Source: Auanema rhodensis (lineage: Eukaryota; Animalia; Nematoda). Taken from it: a stretch of 64,000 nt of DNA. The stretch lies in contig OZ059895.1 in assembly GCA_964057225.1 (NCBI GenBank), positions 1,426,001-1,490,000 on the forward strand, in the 5' to 3' direction. Below are positions 23,601 through 38,600 of this stretch, piece by piece. How positions within the stretch are numbered: the first letter of the stretch is position 1; the number at the start of each line of letters is the position of its first letter. The notes under the pieces were generated by a model. That model ran no database searches, was not told the DNA's origin, and was given only the letters and a program-made list of their open reading frames with translations. The translations under genes and the position numbers were made by a program.

Positions 23601-26600
23601 GCATTCGATGCGGATTTTTAAGCTGCGTCGATCTGTGTTATCAGATTTGCGCTAGCTTAAAAATGCACCGAGATATCAACTGATATAAGTTCTTACTTAT
23701 ATCCTCGATTTTCACCCTGAAGAATTAATTTTTTCGTTGAATAACATTGTCCATCGTCTTTGCCTTGAAAAAAGGAATCTAAAAACATTTACTTTTTGCT
23801 AAATTATTTTGAAATTTTTCGAAAAAATTTTTGTCAAAATGTTTTTGGAAGCAATGTTGAGTGTACATGGAAACTCAACATACACTAATGCATCATTTTT
23901 CAAACGATCATAACTAATTTTTGTATTAAGCGTTTCTCAATTTAGTATAGTGCATTCGATGCGGATTTTTAAGCTGCGTCGATCTGTGTTATCAGATTTG
24001 CGCTAGCTTAAAAATGCACCGAGATATCAACTGATATAAGTTCACACTTATATCCTCGATTTTCACCCTGAAGAATTAATTTTTTCGTTGAATAACATTG
24101 TCCATCGTCTTTGCCTTGAAAAAAGAAATCTAAAAACATCTACTATTTGCCAAATTATTTTGAAATTTTTCGAAAAAATTTTTGTCAAAATGTTTTTGGA
24201 AGCAATGTTGAGTGTACATGGAAACTCAACATACACTAATGCATCATTTTTTAAACAATCATAACTAATTTTTGTATTAAGCGTTTCTCAATGTAGTATA
24301 GTGCATTCGATGCGGATTTTTAAGCTGCGTCGATCTGTGTTATCAGATTTGCGCTAGCTTAAAAATGCACCGAGATATCAACTGATATAAGTTCTTACTT
24401 ATATCCTCGATTTTCACCCTGAAGAATTAATTTTTTCGTTGAATAACATTGTCCATCGTCTTTGCCTTGAAAAAAGGAATCTAAAAACATTTACTTTTTG
24501 CTAAATTATTTTGAAATTTTTCGAAAAAATTTTTGTCAAAATGTTTTTGGAAGCAATGTTGAGTGTACATGGAAACTCAACATACACTAATGCATCATTT
24601 TTCAAACGATCATAACTAATTTTTGTATTAAGCGTTTCTCAATGTAGTATAGTGCATTCGATGCGGATTTTTAAGCTGCGTCGATCTGTGTTATCAGATT
24701 TGCGTTAGCTTAAAAATGCACCGAGATATCAACTGATATAAGTTCACACTTATATCCTCGATTTTCACCCTGAAGAATTAATTTTTTCGTTGAATAACAT
24801 TGTCCATCGTCTTTGCCTTGAAAAAAGGAATCTAAAAACATCTACTTTTTGCTAAATTATTTTAAAATTTTTCGAAAAAATTTTTGTCAAAATGTTTTTG
24901 GAAGCAATGTTGAGTGTACATGGAAACTCAACATACACTAATGCATCATTTTTCAAACGATCATAACTAATTTTTGTATTAAGCGTTTCTCAATGTAGTA
25001 TAGTGCATTCGATGCGGATTTTTAAGCTGCGTCGATCTGTGTTATCAGATTTGCGTTAGCTTAAAAATGCACCGAGATATCAACTGATATAAGTTCTTAC
25101 TTATATCCTCGATTTTCACCCTGAAGAATTAATTTTTTCGTTGAATAACATTGTCCATCGTCTTTGCCTTGAAAAAAGGAATCTAAAAACATTTACTTTT
25201 TGTTAAATTATTTTGAAATTTTTCGAAAAAATTTTTGTCAAACGGTTTTTGGAAGAAATGTTGAGTGTACATGGAAACTCAACATACACTAATGCATCAT
25301 TGTTCAAACGATCATAACTAATTTTTGTATTATGCGTTTCTCAATGTAGTATAGTGCATTCGATGCGGATTTTCAAGCTGCGTCGATCTGTGTTATCAGA
25401 TTTGCGCTAGCTTAAAAATGCACCGAGATATCAACTGATATAAGTTCTTACTTATATCCTCGATTTTCACCCTGAAGAATTAATTTTTTCGTTGAATAAC
25501 ATTCTCCATCGTCTTTGCCTTGAAAAAAGGAATCTAAAAACATCTACTTTTTGCTAAATTATTTTGAAATTTTTCGAAAAAATTTTTGTCAAAATGTTTT
25601 TGGAAGCAATGTTGAGTGTACATGGAAACTCAACATACACTAATGCATCATTTTTCAAACGATCATAACTAATTTTTGTATTAAGCGTTTCTCAATGTAG
25701 TATAGTGCATTCGATGCGGATTTTTAAGCTGCGTCGATCTGTGTTATCAGATTTGCGCTAGCTTAAAAATGCACCGAGATATCAACTGATATAAGTTCTT
25801 ACTTATATCCTCGATTTTCACCCTGAAGAATTAATTTTTTCGTTGAATAACATTGTCCATCGTCTTTGCCTTGAAAAAAAGGAATCTAAAAACATCTACT
25901 TTTTGCTAAATTATTTTGAAATTTTTCGAAAAAATTTTTGTCAAAATGTTTTTGGAAGCAATGTTGAGTGTTCATGGAAACTCAACATACACTAATGCAT
26001 CATTTTTCAAACGATCATAACTAATTTTTGTATTAAGCGTTTCTCAATGTAGTATAGTGCATTCGATGCGGATTTTTAAGCTGCGTCGATCTGTGTTATC
26101 AGATTTGCGCTAGCTTAAAAATGCACCGAGATATCAACTGATATAAGTTCTTACTTATATCCTCGATTTTCACCCTGAAGAATTAATTTTTTCGTTGAAT
26201 AACATTGTCCATCGTCTTTGCCTTGAAAAAAGGAATCTAAAAACATCTACTTTTTGCTAAATTATTTTGAAATTTTTCGAAAAAATTTTTGTCAAAATGT
26301 TTTTGGAAGCAATGTTGAGTGTACATGGAAACTCAACATACACTAATGCATCATTTTTCAAACAATCATAACTAATTTTTGTATTAAGCGTTTCTCAATG
26401 TAGTATAGTGCATTCGATGCGGATTTTTAAGCTGCGTCGATCTGTGTTATCAGATTTGCGCTAGCTTAAAAATGCACCGAGATATCAACTGATATAAGTT
26501 CTTACTTATATCCTCGATTTTCACCCTGAAGAATTAATTTTTTCGTTGAATAACATTGTCCATCGTCTTTGCCTTGAAAAAAAGGAATCTAAAAACATCT

Positions 26601-29600
26601 ACTTTTTGCTAAATTATTTTGAAATTTTTCGAAAAAATTTTTGTCAAAATGTTTTTGGAAGCAATGTTGAGTGTTCATGGAAACTCAACATACACTAATG
26701 CATCATTTTTCAAACGATCATAACTAATTTTTGTATTAAGCGTTTCTCAATGTAGTATAGTGCATTCGATGCGGATTTTTAAGCTGCGTCGATCTGTGTT
26801 ATCAGATTTGCGCTAGCTTAAAAATGCACCGAGATATCAACTGATATAAGTTCACACTTATATCCTCGATTTTCACCCTGAAGAATTAATTTTTTCGTTG
26901 AATAACATTGTCCATCGTCTTTGCCTTGAAAAAAGGAATCTAAAAACATCTACTTTTTGCTAAATTATTTTGAAATTTTTCGAAAAAATTTTTGTCAAAA
27001 TGTTTTTGGAAGCAATGTTGAGTGTTCATGGAAACTCAACATACACTAATGCATCATTTTTCAAACGATCATAACTAATTTTTGTATCAAGCGTTTCTCA
27101 ATGTAGTAAAGTGCATTCGATGCGGATTTTTAAGCTGCGTCGATCTGTGTTATCAGATTTGCGCTAGCTTAAAAATGCACCGAGATATCAACTGATATAA
27201 GTTCTTACTTATATCCTCGATTTTCACCCTGAAGAATTAATTTTTTCGTTGAATAACATTGTCCATCGTCTTTGCCTTGAAAAAAGGAATCTAAAAACAT
27301 TTACTTTTTGCTAAATTATTTTGAAATTTTTCGAAAAAATTTTTGTCAAAATGTTTTTGGAAGCAATGTTGAGTGTACATGGAAACTCAACATACACTAA
27401 TGCATCATTTTTCAAACGATCATAACTAATTTTTGTATTAAGCGTTTCTCAATGTAATATAGTGCATTCGATGCGGATTTTTAAGCTGCGTCGATCTGTG
27501 TTATCAGATTTGCGTTAGCTTAAAAATGCACCGAGATATCAACTGATATAAGTTCACACTTATATCCTCGATTTTCACCCTGAAGAATTAATTTTTTCGT
27601 TGAATAACATTGTCCATCGTCTTTGCCTTGAAAAAAGGAATCTAAAAACATCTACTTTTTGCTAAATTATTTTAAAATTTTTCGAAAAAATTTTTGTCAA
27701 AATGTTTTTGGAAGCAATGTTGAGTGTACATGGAAACTCAACATACACTAATGCATCATTTTTCAAACGATCATAACTAATTTTTGTATTAAGCGTTTCT
27801 CAATGTAGTATAGTGCATTCGATGCGGATTTTTAAGCTGCGTCGATCTGTGTTATCAGATTTGCGTTAGCTTAAAAATGCACCGAGATATCAACTGATAT
27901 AAGTTCACACTTATATCCTCGATTTTCACCCTGAAGAATTAATTTTTTCGTTGAATAACATTGTCCATCGTCTTTGCCTTGAAAAAAGGAATCTAAAAAC
28001 ATCTACTTTTTGCTAAATTATTTTGAAATTTTTCGAAAAAATTTTTGTCAAAATGTTTTTGGAAGCAATGTTGAGTGTACATGGAAACTCAACATACACT
28101 CATGCATCATTTTTCAAACGATCATAACTAATTTTTGTATTAAGCGTTTCTCAATGTAGTATAGTGCATTCGATGCGGATTTTTAAGCTGCGTCGATCTG
28201 TGTTATCAGATTTGCGCTAGCTTAAAAATGCACCGAGATATCAACTGATATAAGTTCTTACATATATCCTCGATTTTCACCCTGAAGAATTAATTTTTTC
28301 GTTGAATAACATTGTCCATCGTTTTTGCCTTGAAAAAAGGAATCTAAAAACATTTACTTTTTGCTAAATTATTTTGAAATTTTTCGAAAAAATTTTTGTC
28401 AAACGGTTTTTGGAAGAAATGTTGAGTGTACATGGAAACTCAACATACACTAATGCATCATTGTTCAAACGATCATAACTAATTTTTGTATTATGCGTTT
28501 CTCAATGTAGTATAGTGCATTCGATGCGGATTTTCAAGCTGCGTCGATCTGTGTTATCAGATTTGCGCTAGCTTAAAAATGCACCGAGATATCAACTGAT
28601 ATAAGTTCACACTTATATCCTCGATTTTCACCCTGAAGAATTAATTTTTTCGTTGAATAACATTGTCCATCGTCTTTGCCTTGAAAAAAGAAATCTAAAA
28701 ACATCTACTATTTGCCAAATTATTTTGAAATTTTTCGAAAAAATTTTTGTCAAAATGTTTTTGGAAGCAATGTTGAGTGTACATGGAAACTCAACATACA
28801 CTAATGCATCATTTTTCAAACGATCATAATTAATTTTTGTATTAAGCGTTTCTCAATGTAGTATAGTGCATTCGATGCGGATTTTTAAGCTGCGTCGATC
28901 TGTGTTATCAGATTTGCGCTAGCTTAAAAATGCACCGAGATATCAACTGATATAAGTTCTTACTTATATCCTCGATTTTCACCCTGAAGAATTAATTTTT
29001 TCGTTGAATAACATTGTCCATCGTCTTTGCCTTGAAAAAAAGGAATCTAAAAACATCTACTTTTTGCTAAATTATTTTGAAATTTTTCGAAAAAATTTTT
29101 GTCAAAATGTTTTTGGAAGCAATGTTGAGTGTTCATGGAAACTCAACATACACTAATGCATCATTTTTCAAACGATCATAACTAATTTTTGTATTAAGCG
29201 TTTCTCAATGTAGTATAGTGCATTCGATGCGGATTTTTAAGCTGCGTCGATCTGTGTTATCAGATTTGCGCTAGCTTAAAAATGCACCGAGATATCAACT
29301 GATATAAGTTCACACTTATATCCTCGATTTTCACCCTGAAGAATTAATTTTTTCGTTGAATAACATTGTCCATCGTCTTTGCCTTGAAAAAAGGAATCTA
29401 AAAACATCTACTTTTTGCTAAATTATTTTGAAATTTTTCGAAAAATTTTTGTCAAAATGTTTTTGGAAGCAATGTTGAGTGTACATGGAAACTCAACATA
29501 CACTAATGCATCATTTTTCAAACGATCATAACTAATTTTTGTATTAAGCGTTTCTCAATGTAGTATAGTGCATTCGATGCGAATTTTTAAGCTGCGTCGA

Positions 29601-32600
29601 TCTGTGTTATCAGATTTGCGCTAGCTTAAAAATGCAGCGAGATATCAACTGATATAAGTTCTTACTTATATCCTCGATTTTCACCCTGAAGAATTAATTT
29701 TTTCGTTGAATAACATTGTCCATCGTCTTTGCCTTGAAAAAAGGAATCTAAAAACATCTACTTTTTGCTAAATTATTTTGAAATTTTTCGAAAAAATTTT
29801 TGTCAAAATGTTTTTGGAAGCAATGTTGAGTGTACATGGAAACTCAACATACACTAATGCATCATTTTTCAAACAATCATAACTAATTTTTGTATTAAGC
29901 GTTTCTCAATGTAGTAAAGTGCATTCGATGCGGATTTTTAAGCTGCGTCGATCTGTGTTATCAGATTTGCGCTAGCTTAAAAATGCAGCGAGATATCAAC
30001 TGATATAAGTTCTTACTTATATCCTCGATTTTCACCCTGAAGAATTAATTTTTTCGTTGAATAACATTGTCCATCGTCTTTGCCTTGAAAAAAGGAATCT
30101 AAAAACATTTACTCTTTGCTAAATTATTTTGAAATTTTTCGAAAAAATTTTTGTCAAAATGTTTTTGGAAGCAATGTTGAGTGTACATGGAAACTCAACA
30201 TACACTAATGCATCATTTTTCAAACGATCATAACTAATTTTTGTATTAAGCGTTTCTCAATGTAGTATAGTGCATTCGATGCGGATTTTTAAGCTGCGTC
30301 GATCTGTGTTATCAGATTTGCGCTAGCTTAAAAATGCACCGAGATATCAACTGATAAAAGTTCACACTTATATCCTCGATTTTCACCCTGAAGAATTAAT
30401 TTTTTCGTTGAATAACATTGTCCATCGTCTTTGCCTTGAAAAAAGGAATCTAAAAACATCTACTTTTTGCTAAATTATTTTGAAATTTTTCGAAAAAATT
30501 TTTGTCAAAATGTTTTTGGAAGCAATGTTGAGTGTTCATGGAAACTCAACATACACTAATGCATCATTTTTCAAACGATCATAACTAATTTTTGTATCAA
30601 GCGTTTCTCAATGTAGTATAGTGCATTAGATGCGGATTTTTAAGCTGCGTCGATCTGTGTTATCAGATTTGCGCTAGCTTAAAAATGCACCGAGATATCA
30701 ACTGATATAAGTTCACACTTATATCCTCGATTTTCACCCTGAAGAATTAATTTTTTCGTTGAATAACATTGTCCATCGTCTTTGCCTTGAAAAAAGGAAT
30801 CTAAAAACATCTACTTTTTGCTAAATTATTTTGAAATTTTTCGAAAAATTTTTGTCAAAATGTTTTTGGAAGCAATGTTGAGTGTACATGGAAACTCAAC
30901 ATACACTAATGCATCATTTTTCAAACGATCATAACTAATTTTTGTATTAAGCGTTTCTCAATGTAGTATAGTGCATTCGATGCGGATTTTTAAGCTGCGT
31001 CGATCTGTGTTATCAGATTTGCGCTAGCTTAAAAATGCAGCGAGATATCAACTGATATAAGTTCTTACTTATATCCTCGATTTTCACCCTGAAGAATTAA
31101 TTTTTTCGTTGAATAACATTGTCCATCGTCTTTGCCTTGAAAAAAAGGAATCTAAAAACATCTACTTTTTGCTAAATTATTTTGAAATTTTTCGAAAAAA
31201 TTTTTGTCAAAATGTTTTTGGAAGCAATGTTGAGTGTTCATGGAAACTCAACATACACTAATGCATCATTTTTCAAACGATCATAACTAATTTTTGTATT
31301 AAGCGTTTCTCAATGTAGTATAGTGCATTCGATGCGGATTTTTAAGCTGCGTCGATCTGTGTTATCAGATTTGCGCTAGCTTAAAAATGCACCGAGATAT
31401 CAACTGATATAAGTTCACACTTTTATCCTCGATTTTCACCCTGAAGAATTAATTTTTTCGTTGAATAACATTGTCCATCGTCTTTGCCTTGAAAAAAGAA
31501 ATCTAAAAACATCTACTATTTGCCAAATTATTTTGAAATTTTTCGAAAAAATTTTTGTCAAAATGTTTTTGGAAGCAATGTTGAGTGTACATGGAAACTC
31601 AACATACACTAATGCATCATTTTTTAAACAATCATAACTAATTTTTGTATTAAGCGTTTCTCAATGTAGTATAGTGCATTCGATGCGGATTTTTAAGCTG
31701 CGTCGATCTGTGTTATCAGATTTGCGCTAGCTTAAAAATGCACCGAGATATCAACTGATATAAGTTCTTACTTATATCCTCGATTTTCACCCTGAAGAAT
31801 TAATTTTTTCGTTGAATAACATTGTCCATCGTCTTTGCCTTGAAAAAAGGAATCTAAAAACATTTACTTTTTGCTAAATTATTTTGAAATTTTTCGAAAA
31901 AATTTTTGTCAAAATGTTTTTGGAAGCAATGTTGAGTGTACATGGAAACTCAACATACACTAATGCATCATTTTTCAAACGATCATAACTAATTTTTGTA
32001 TTAAGCGTTTCTCAATGTAGTATAGTGCATTCGATGCGGATTTTTAAGCTGCGTCGATCTGTGTTATCAGATTTGCGTTAGCTTAAAAATGCACCGAGAT
32101 ATCAACTGATATAAGTTCACACTTATATCCTCGATTTTCACCCTGAAGAATTAATTTTTTCGTTGAATAACATTGTCCATCGTCTTTGCCTTGAAAAAAG
32201 GAATCTAAAAACATCTACTTTTTGCTAAATTATTTTGAAATTTTTCGAAAAAATTTTTGTCAAAATGTTTTTGGAAGCAATGTTGAGTGTACATGAAAAC
32301 TCAACATACACTCATGCATCATTTTTCAAACGATCATAACTAATTTTTGTATTAAGCGTTTCTCAATGTAGTATAGTGCATTCGATGCGGATTTTTAAGC
32401 TGCGTCGATCTGTGTTATCAGATTTGCGCTAGCTTAAAAATGCACCGAGATATCAACTGATATAAGTTCACACTTATATCCTCGATTTTCACCCTGAAGA
32501 ATTAATTTTTTCGTTGAATAACATTGTCCATCGTCTTTGCCTTGAAAAAAGAAATCTAAAAACATCTACTATTTGCCAAATTATTTTGAAATTTTTCGAA

Positions 32601-35600
32601 AAATATTTTGTCAAAATGTTTTTGGAAGCAATGTTGAGTGTACATGGAAACTCAACATACACTAATGCATCATTTTTCAAACGATCATAACTAATTTTTG
32701 TATTAAGCGTTTCTCAATTTAGTATAGTGCATTCGATGCGGATTTTTAAGCTGCGTCGATCTGTGTTATCAGATTTGCGCTAGCTTAAAAATGCACCGAG
32801 ATATCAACTGATATAAGTTCACACTTATATCCTCGATTTTCACCCTGAAGAATTAATTTTTTCGTTGAATAACATTGTCCATCGTCTTTGCCTTGAAAAA
32901 AGAAATCTAAAAACATCTACTATTTGCCAAATTATTTTGAAATTTTTCGAAAAATATTTTGTCAAAATGTTTTTGGAAGCAATGTTGAGTGTACATGGAA
33001 ACTCAACATACACTAATGCATCATTTTTCAAACGATCATAACTAATTTTTGTATTAAGCGTTTCTCAATTTAGTATAGTGCATTCGATGCGGATTTTTAA
33101 GCTGCGTCGATCTGTGTTATCAGATTTGCGCTAGCTTAAAAATGCACCGAGATATCAACTGATATAAGTTCACACTTATATCCTCGATTTTCACCCTGAA
33201 GAATTAATTTTTTCGTTGAATAACATTGTCCATCGTCTTTGCCTTGAAAAAAGAAATCTAAAAACATCTACTATTTGCCAAATTATTTTGAAATTTTTCG
33301 AAAAAATTTTTGTCAAAATGTTTTTGGAAGCAATGTTGAGTGTACATGGAAACTCAACATACACTAATGCATCATTTTTCAAACAATCATAACTAATTTT
33401 TGTATTAAGCGTTTCTCAATGTAGTATAGTGCATTCGATGCGGCTTTTTAAGCTGCGTCGATCTGTGTTATCAGATTTGCGCTAGCTTAAAAATGCACCG
33501 AGATATCAACTGATATAAGTTCTTACTTATATCCTCGATTTTCACCCTGAAGAATTAATTTTTTCGTTGAAAAACATTGTCCATCGTCTTTGCCTTGAAA
33601 AAAGGAATCTAAAAACATTTACTTTTTGCTAAATTATTTTGAAATTTTTCGAAAAAATTTTTGTCAAAATGTTTTTGGAAGCAATGTTGAGTGTACATGG
33701 AAACTCAACATACACTAATGCATCATTTTTCAAACGATCATAACTAATTTTTGTATTAAGCGTTTCTCAATTTAGTATAGTGCATTCGATGCGGATTTTT
33801 AAGCTGCGTCGATCTGTGTTATCAGATTTGCGCTAGCTTAAAAATGCACCGAGATATCAACTGATATAAGTTCACACTTATATCCTCGATTTTCACCCTG
33901 AAGAATTAATTTTTTCGTTGAATAACATTGTCCATCGTCTTTGCCTTGAAAAAAGAAATCTAAAAACATCTACTATTTGCCAAATTATTTTGAAATTTTT
34001 CGAAAAATATTTTGTCAAAATGTTTTTGGAAGCAATGTTGAGTGTACATGGAAACTCAACATACACTAATGCATCATTTTTCAAACGATCATAACTAATT
34101 TTTGTATTAAGCGTTTCTCAATTTAGTATAGTGCATTCGATGCGGATTTTTAAGCTGCGTCGATCTGTGTTATCAGATTTGCGCTAGCTTAAAAATGCAC
34201 CGAGATATCAACTGATATAAGTTCACACTTATATCCTCGATTTTCACCCTGAAGAATTAATTTTTTCGTTGAATAACATTGTCCATCGTCTTTGCCTTGA
34301 AAAAAGAAATCTAAAAACATCTACTATTTGCCAAATTATTTTGAAATTTTTCGAAAAAATTTTTGTCAAAATGTTTTTGGAAGCAATGTTGAGTGTACAT
34401 GGAAACTCAACATACACTAATGCATCATTTTTCAAACAATCATAACTAATTTTTGTATTAAGCGTTTCTCAATGTAGTATAGTGCATTCGATGCGGCTTT
34501 TTAAGCTGCGTCGATCTGTGTTATCAGATTTGCGCTAGCTTAAAAATGCACCGAGATATCAACTGATATAAGTTCTTACTTATATCCTCGATTTTCACCC
34601 TGAAGAATTAATTTTTTCGTTGAAAAACATTGTCCATCGTCTTTGCCTTGAAAAAAGGAATCTAAAAACATTTACTTTTTGCTAAATTATTTTGAAATTT
34701 TTCGAAAAAATTTTTGTCAAAATGTTTTTGGAAGCAATGTTGAGTGTACATGGAAACTCAACATACACTAATGCATCATTTTTCAAACGATCATAACTAA
34801 TTTTTGTATTAAGCGTTTCTCAATGTAGTATAGTGCATTCGATGCGGATTTTTAAGCTGCGTCGATCTGTGTTATCAGATTTGCGTTAGCTTAAAAATGC
34901 ACCGAGATATCAACTGATATAAGTTCACACTTATATCCTCGATTTTCACCCTGAAGAATTAATTTTTTCGTTGAATAACATTGTCCATCGTCTTTGCCTT
35001 GAAAAAAGGAATCTAAAAACATCTACTTTTTGCTAAATTATTTTGAAATTTTTCGAAAAAATTTTTGTCAAAATGTTTTTGGAAGCAATGTTGAGTGTAC
35101 ATGGAAACTCAACATACACTCATGCATCATTTTTCAAACGATCATAACTAATTTTTGTATTAAGCGTTTCTCAATGTAGTATAGTGCATTCGATGCGGAT
35201 TTTTAAGCTGCGTCGATCTGTGTTATCAGATTTGCGCTAGCTTAAAAATGCACCGAGATATCAACTGATATAAGTTCACACTTATATCCTCGATTTTCAC
35301 CCTGAAGAATTAAATTTTTCGTTGAATAACATTGTCCATCGTCTTTGCCTTGAAAAAAGGAATCTAAAAACATCTACGTTTCGCTAAATTATTTTGAAAT
35401 TTTTCGAAAAAATTTTTGTCAAAATGTTTTTGGAAGCAATGTTGAGTGTACATGGAAACTCAACATACACTAATGCATCATTTTTCAAACGATCATAACT
35501 AATTTTTGTATTAAGCGTTTCTCAATTTAGTATAGTGCATTCGATGCGGATTTTTAAGCTGCGTCGATCTGTGTTATCAGATTTGCGCTAGCTTAAAAAT

Positions 35601-38600
35601 GCACCGAGATATCAACTGATATAAGTTCACACTTATATCCTCGATTTTCACCCTGAAGAATTAATTTTTTCGTTGAATAACATTGTCCATCGTCTTTGCC
35701 TTGAAAAAAGAAATCTAAAAACATCTACTATTTGCCAAATTATTTTGAAATTTTTCGAAAAAATTTTTGTCAAAATGTTTTTGGAAGCAATGTTGAGTGT
35801 ACATGGAAACTCAACATACACTAATGCATCATTTTTCAAACAATCATAACTAATTTTTGTATTAAGCGTTTCTCAATGTAGTATAGTGCATTCGATGCGG
35901 CTTTTTAAGCTGCGTCGATCTGTGTTATCAGATTTGCGCTAGCTTAAAAATGCACCGAGATATCAACTGATATAAGTTCTTACTTATATCCTCGATTTTC
36001 ACCCTGAAGAATTAATTTTTTCGTTGAAAAACATTGTCCATCGTCTTTGCCTTGAAAAAAGGAATCTAAAAACATTTACTTTTTGCTAAATTATTTTGAA
36101 ATTTTTCGAAAAAATTTTTGTCAAAATGTTTTTGGAAGCAATGTTGAGTGTACATGGAAACTCAACATACACTAATGCATCATTTTTCAAACGATCATAA
36201 CTAATTTTTGTATTAAGCGTTTCTCAATTTAGTATAGTGCATTCGATGCGGATTTTTAAGCTGCGTCGATCTGTGTTATCAGATTTGCGCTAGCTTAAAA
36301 ATGCACCGAGATATCAACTGATATAAGTTCACACTTATATCCTCGATTTTCACCCTGAAGAATTAATTTTTTCGTTGAATAACATTGTCCATCGTCTTTG
36401 CCTTGAAAAAAGAAATCTAAAAACATCTACTATTTGCCAAATTATTTTGAAATTTTTCGAAAAATATTTTGTCAAAATGTTTTTGGAAGCAATGTTGAGT
36501 GTACATGGAAACTCAACATACACTAATGCATCATTTTTCAAACGATCATAACTAATTTTTGTATTAAGCGTTTCTCAATTTAGTATAGTGCATTCGATGC
36601 GGATTTTTAAGCTGCGTCGATCTGTGTTATCAGATTTGCGCTAGCTTAAAAATGCACCGAGATATCAACTGATATAAGTTCACACTTATATCCTCGATTT
36701 TCACCCTGAAGAATTAATTTTTTCGTTGAATAACATTGTCCATCGTCTTTGCCTTGAAAAAAGAAATCTAAAAACATCTACTATTTGCCAAATTATTTTG
36801 AAATTTTTCGAAAAAATTTTTGTCAAAATGTTTTTGGAAGCAATGTTGAGTGTACATGGAAACTCAACATACACTAATGCATCATTTTTCAAACAATCAT
36901 AACTAATTTTTGTATTAAGCGTTTCTCAATGTAGTATAGTGCATTCGATGCGGCTTTTTAAGCTGCGTCGATCTGTGTTATCAGATTTGCGCTAGCTTAA
37001 AAATGCACCGAGATATCAACTGATATAAGTTCTTACTTATATCCTCGATTTTCACCCTGAAGAATTAATTTTTTCGTTGAAAAACATTGTCCATCGTCTT
37101 TGCCTTGAAAAAAGGAATCTAAAAACATTTACTTTTTGCTAAATTATTTTGAAATTTTTCGAAAAAATTTTTGTCAAAATGTTTTTGGAAGCAATGTTGA
37201 GTGTACATGGAAACTCAACATACACTAATGCATCATTTTTCAAACGATCATAACTAATTTTTGTATTAAGCGTTTCTCAATGTAGTATAGTGCATTCGAT
37301 GCGGATTTTTAAGCTGCGTCGATCTGTGTTATCAGATTTGCGTTAGCTTAAAAATGCACCGAGATATCAACTGATATAAGTTCACACTTATATCCTCGAT
37401 TTTCACCCTGAAGAATTAATTTTTTCGTTGAATAACATTGTCCATCGTCTTTGCCTTGAAAAAAGGAATCTAAAAACATCTACTTTTTGCTAAATTATTT
37501 TGAAATTTTTCGAAAAAATTTTTGTCAAAATGTTTTTGGAAGCAATGTTGAGTGTACATGGAAACTCAACATACACTCATGCATCATTTTTCAAACGATC
37601 ATAACTAATTTTTGTATTAAGCGTTTCTCAATGTAGTATAGTGCATTCGATGCGGATTTTTAAGCTGCGTCGATCTGTGTTATCAGATTTGCGCTAGCTT
37701 AAAAATGCACCGAGATATCAACTGATATAAGTTCACACTTATATCCTCGATTTTCACCCTGAAGAATTAAATTTTTCGTTGAATAACATTGTCCATCGTC
37801 TTTGCCTTGAAAAAAGGAATCTAAAAACATCTACGTTTCGCTAAATTATTTTGAAATTTTTCGAAAAAATTTTTGTCAAAATGTTTTTGGAAGCAATGTT
37901 GAGTGTACATGGAAACTCAACATACACTAATGCATCATTTTTCAAACGATCATAACTAATTTTTGTATTAAGCGTTTCTCAATTTAGTATAGTGCATTCG
38001 ATGCGGATTTTTAAGCTGCGTCGATCTGTGTTATCAGATTTGCGCTAGCTTAAAAATGCACCGAGATATCAACTGATATAAGTTCACACTTATATCCTCG
38101 ATTTTCACCCTGAAGAATTAATTTTTTCGTTGAATAACATTGTCCATCGTCTTTGCCTTGAAAAAAGAAATCTAAAAACATCTACTATTTGCCAAATTAT
38201 TTTGAAATTTTTCGAAAAAATTTTTGTCAAAATGTTTTTGGAAGCAATGTTGAGTGTACATGGAAACTCAACATACACTAATGCATCATTTTTCAAACAA
38301 TCATAACTAATTTTTGTATTAAGCGTTTCTCAATGTAGTATAGTGCATTCGATGCGGATTTTTAAGCTGCGTCGATCTGTGTTATCAGATTTGCGCTAGC
38401 TTAAAAATGCACCGAGATATCAACTGATATAAGTTCTTACTTATATCCTCGATTTTCACCCTGAAGAATTAATTTTTTCGTTGAATAACATTGTCCATCG
38501 TCTTTGCCTTGAAAAATGGAATCTAAAAACATCTACTTTTTGCTAAATTATTTTGAAATTTTTCGAAAAAATTTTTGTCAAAATGTTTTTGGAAGCAATG

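Noticed and set aside
13230-38296. Repeated 61-63 aa ORFs (MKNDALVY..., MPCKKESK...)
   Set aside because: Chance frames in satellite monomers opened by single variants that remove a stop. They are absent from most monomers, have TTG starts, and show no recognisable domain.
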